From NCBI GenBank assembly GCA_018394315.1, contig CP074575.1, positions 1,272,615 to 1,336,614 on the forward strand: 64,000 nucleotides of DNA, in the 5' to 3' direction. Shown one piece after another: positions 62,360 to 64,000 of this stretch. Under the pieces are notes generated by a model. That model made no database searches. It worked only from the letters and a program-made list of their open reading frames with translations, and was not told the DNA's origin. How positions within the stretch are numbered: position 1 is the stretch's first letter; each line of letters opens with the position of its first letter. The position numbers and the translations under genes were made by a program. Source of the stretch: Mycoplasmatota bacterium (lineage in GTDB: Bacteria > Bacillota_I > Bacilli_A > MAG-NZ).

Positions 62360-62914
62360 ATGTACGCATATTTAATTGGAGCAATTAGTGAACAATATCC
62401 AACACATGTTGTATTAGAGTGTAATGGAATTGGTTTTTTGATTAAGACTCCTAATCCTTATGTCTTTAGTATAGATAAAACATACAAAGTATATACTTAT
62501 CAACACGTGAGAGAAGATTTAATTGAATTGTATGGATTTATAAAAAAGGATGAAAGAGAACTATTTTTAAAACTAATTAGTGTAAAGGGGATAGGCCCTA
62601 AAGGTGCTTTAGCGATATTAGCTACTGGTTCAGTATCTAGTATTATTTCTGCCATAGAGAGTGGAAATAGTGACTATTTGAGAAAGTTTCCTGGAATTGG
62701 TCCAAAAGCAAGTCAACAGATAGTTTTGGATTTGAAAGGTAAGTTCTCTGATGTTGGGCATTTGATAGATAATAATATTAATGATGTTCGCGAAGTATTA
62801 TTATCATTAGGATATAGTTCAAAAGAAGTAAATAAAGTATTACAAAAGATACCATTCGAAGATAATTCTTTAGATGAAATGATTAAAATAGCTTTACAAA
62901 TGATGCTGAAGTAG
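62360..62914 (+). CDS. ruvA: Holliday junction branch migration protein RuvA
   Basis: HVRED..LYGF, VKGIGPK, FPGIGPK, LLSLGY. Confidence 0.96.
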   Translation: MYAYLIGAISEQYPTHVVLECNGIGFLIKTPNPYVFSIDKTYKVYTYQHVREDLIELYGFIKKDERELFLKLISVKGIGPKGALAILATGSVSSIISAIESGNSDYLRKFPGIGPKASQQIVLDLKGKFSDVGHLIDNNINDVREVLLSLGYSSKEVNKVLQKIPFEDNSLDEMIKIALQMMLK

Positions 62915-62930
62915 GATATGAGGTGTAAAT

Positions 62931-63920
62931 ATGGATGTACTTAGAGATTTCAAAGAAGAAGAATTTGAAAAATCTTTGAGACCAAAGTTTTTAAAAGAAT
63001 ATATTGGACAAACTAGTGTTAAGGAAATGATGGACATTTATATTAAGGCAGCTAGAATGAGAAATGAGTCATTAGATCATGTCTTGTTATATGGACCACC
63101 TGGATTAGGTAAAACTACATTAGCTACCATAATCGCTAATGAAATGGGAGTTAATATCAAGACTACAAGTGGACCTACGATTGAAAGAAGTGGTGATTTA
63201 GCGGCAATTTTATCCTCTTTAGAGCCAGGGGATGTACTTTTTATTGATGAAATTCATCGATTACCTAAAGTTGTTGAGGAGATCTTATATCCCGCGATGG
63301 AAGATTTTTCTTTAGATATTGTAGTAGGAAAAGATTCAACCGCAAGAAGTATTAGGATTGATTTACCTCCATTTACTCTAGTTGCAGCTACTACAAGATT
63401 TGGAGATCTAACAGCGCCACTGAGGGATAGATTTGGTGTTGTGGAAAAGTTAGAATATTATAAAGAAGATGACTTAAATGAAATTATACTGAGGACTGCT
63501 TCTATTTTTGATGTAAAAACTGATATGGATGCAGCAAGTGATTTGGCAAGAAGATCTCGAGGTACTCCAAGAATCGCGAATCGCTTATTTAAACGTATTA
63601 GAGACTTTGCTATGGTAAAAGGTAATGGTTCTGTTGATTTGGATATTACCAAGCATGCCTTAGAGAAGTTGAAAATAGATGAGTCTGGTTTAGATAGAAC
63701 TGATAAAGATTATTTATTAGGTATAATAGAAAGGTTTAATGGTGGTCCTGTAGGTATTGAGGCTCTAGCAGCTAGTATCGGTGAAGAAACCACGACACTT
63801 GAGGAAGCTTATGAACCGTTTCTTTTACAAGAAGGTTACGTCAAGAGAACACAAAGAGGAAGAATAGCAACTGAGAAAGCCTACAAGGCATTAGAAATAG
63901 ATAGAGGTACATTATTATAA
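62931..63920 (+). CDS. ruvB: Holliday junction helicase RuvB
   Basis: [39 protein letters not shown]. Confidence 0.98.
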   Translation: MDVLRDFKEEEFEKSLRPKFLKEYIGQTSVKEMMDIYIKAARMRNESLDHVLLYGPPGLGKTTLATIIANEMGVNIKTTSGPTIERSGDLAAILSSLEPGDVLFIDEIHRLPKVVEEILYPAMEDFSLDIVVGKDSTARSIRIDLPPFTLVAATTRFGDLTAPLRDRFGVVEKLEYYKEDDLNEIILRTASIFDVKTDMDAASDLARRSRGTPRIANRLFKRIRDFAMVKGNGSVDLDITKHALEKLKIDESGLDRTDKDYLLGIIERFNGGPVGIEALAASIGEETTTLEEAYEPFLLQEGYVKRTQRGRIATEKAYKALEIDRGTLL

Positions 63921-64000
63921 TGAAGACAAGTGATTTTGATTTTAATTTAGATAAGAGACTAATAGCTCAAACGCCTTTAAATGATCGTTCTAGTTCGAAA
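63920..64000 (+). CDS. queA: QueA N-terminus (truncated by window edge)
   Basis: [27 protein letters not shown], directly after ruvB. Confidence 0.85.
   Translation, partial: MKTSDFDFNLDKRLIAQTPLNDRSSSK

Overview
AT-rich chromosomal window of a low-GC Bacillota genome with Bacilli-type gene order. TGA acts as a stop codon. The stripped-down synteny suggests, by inference only, a lineage near the Bacilli/Mollicutes boundary. Most of the window is core housekeeping: recG-plsX-rnc, dnaD-nth, tmcAL/yceD-rpmF, rsmH, nadD-nadE-mnmA-ppiB-recD2, T-box-alaS through greA, yqeG-yqeM, comEA/comEC-holA, rpsT, pgsA-recA-rny-ymdB, miaB, bioY, oppBCDFA and ruvAB-queA. It also carries a clear endospore gene set: cse60, an orphan gerAB-type gene, spoVD, intact sigK, gpr, a yqxA-like gene, spoVS, cotE and a safA-like LysM gene. 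I saw no prophage, IS, CRISPR, rRNA or tRNA. The most striking pattern concerns peptidoglycan. The only peptidoglycan synthesis genes here (spoVD-murE-mraY-murD) are cut off from rsmH by a terminator and sit behind a near-consensus sigma-E promoter. Wall and division genes normally found in these same conserved clusters (mraZ, ftsL, pbpB, reoM, mltG, spoIIP, pbpX) are missing from their slots. This suggests a spore former that may make peptidoglycan mainly or only for the spore cortex, a hypothesis that needs the whole genome to test. Other highlights: a candidate sigma-E three-hairpin small RNA at the comEC 3' end, an in-frame TGA early in comEC, several small ORFs absent from the ORF track, and a membrane-anchored protein with HeH-like and coiled-coil repeats.
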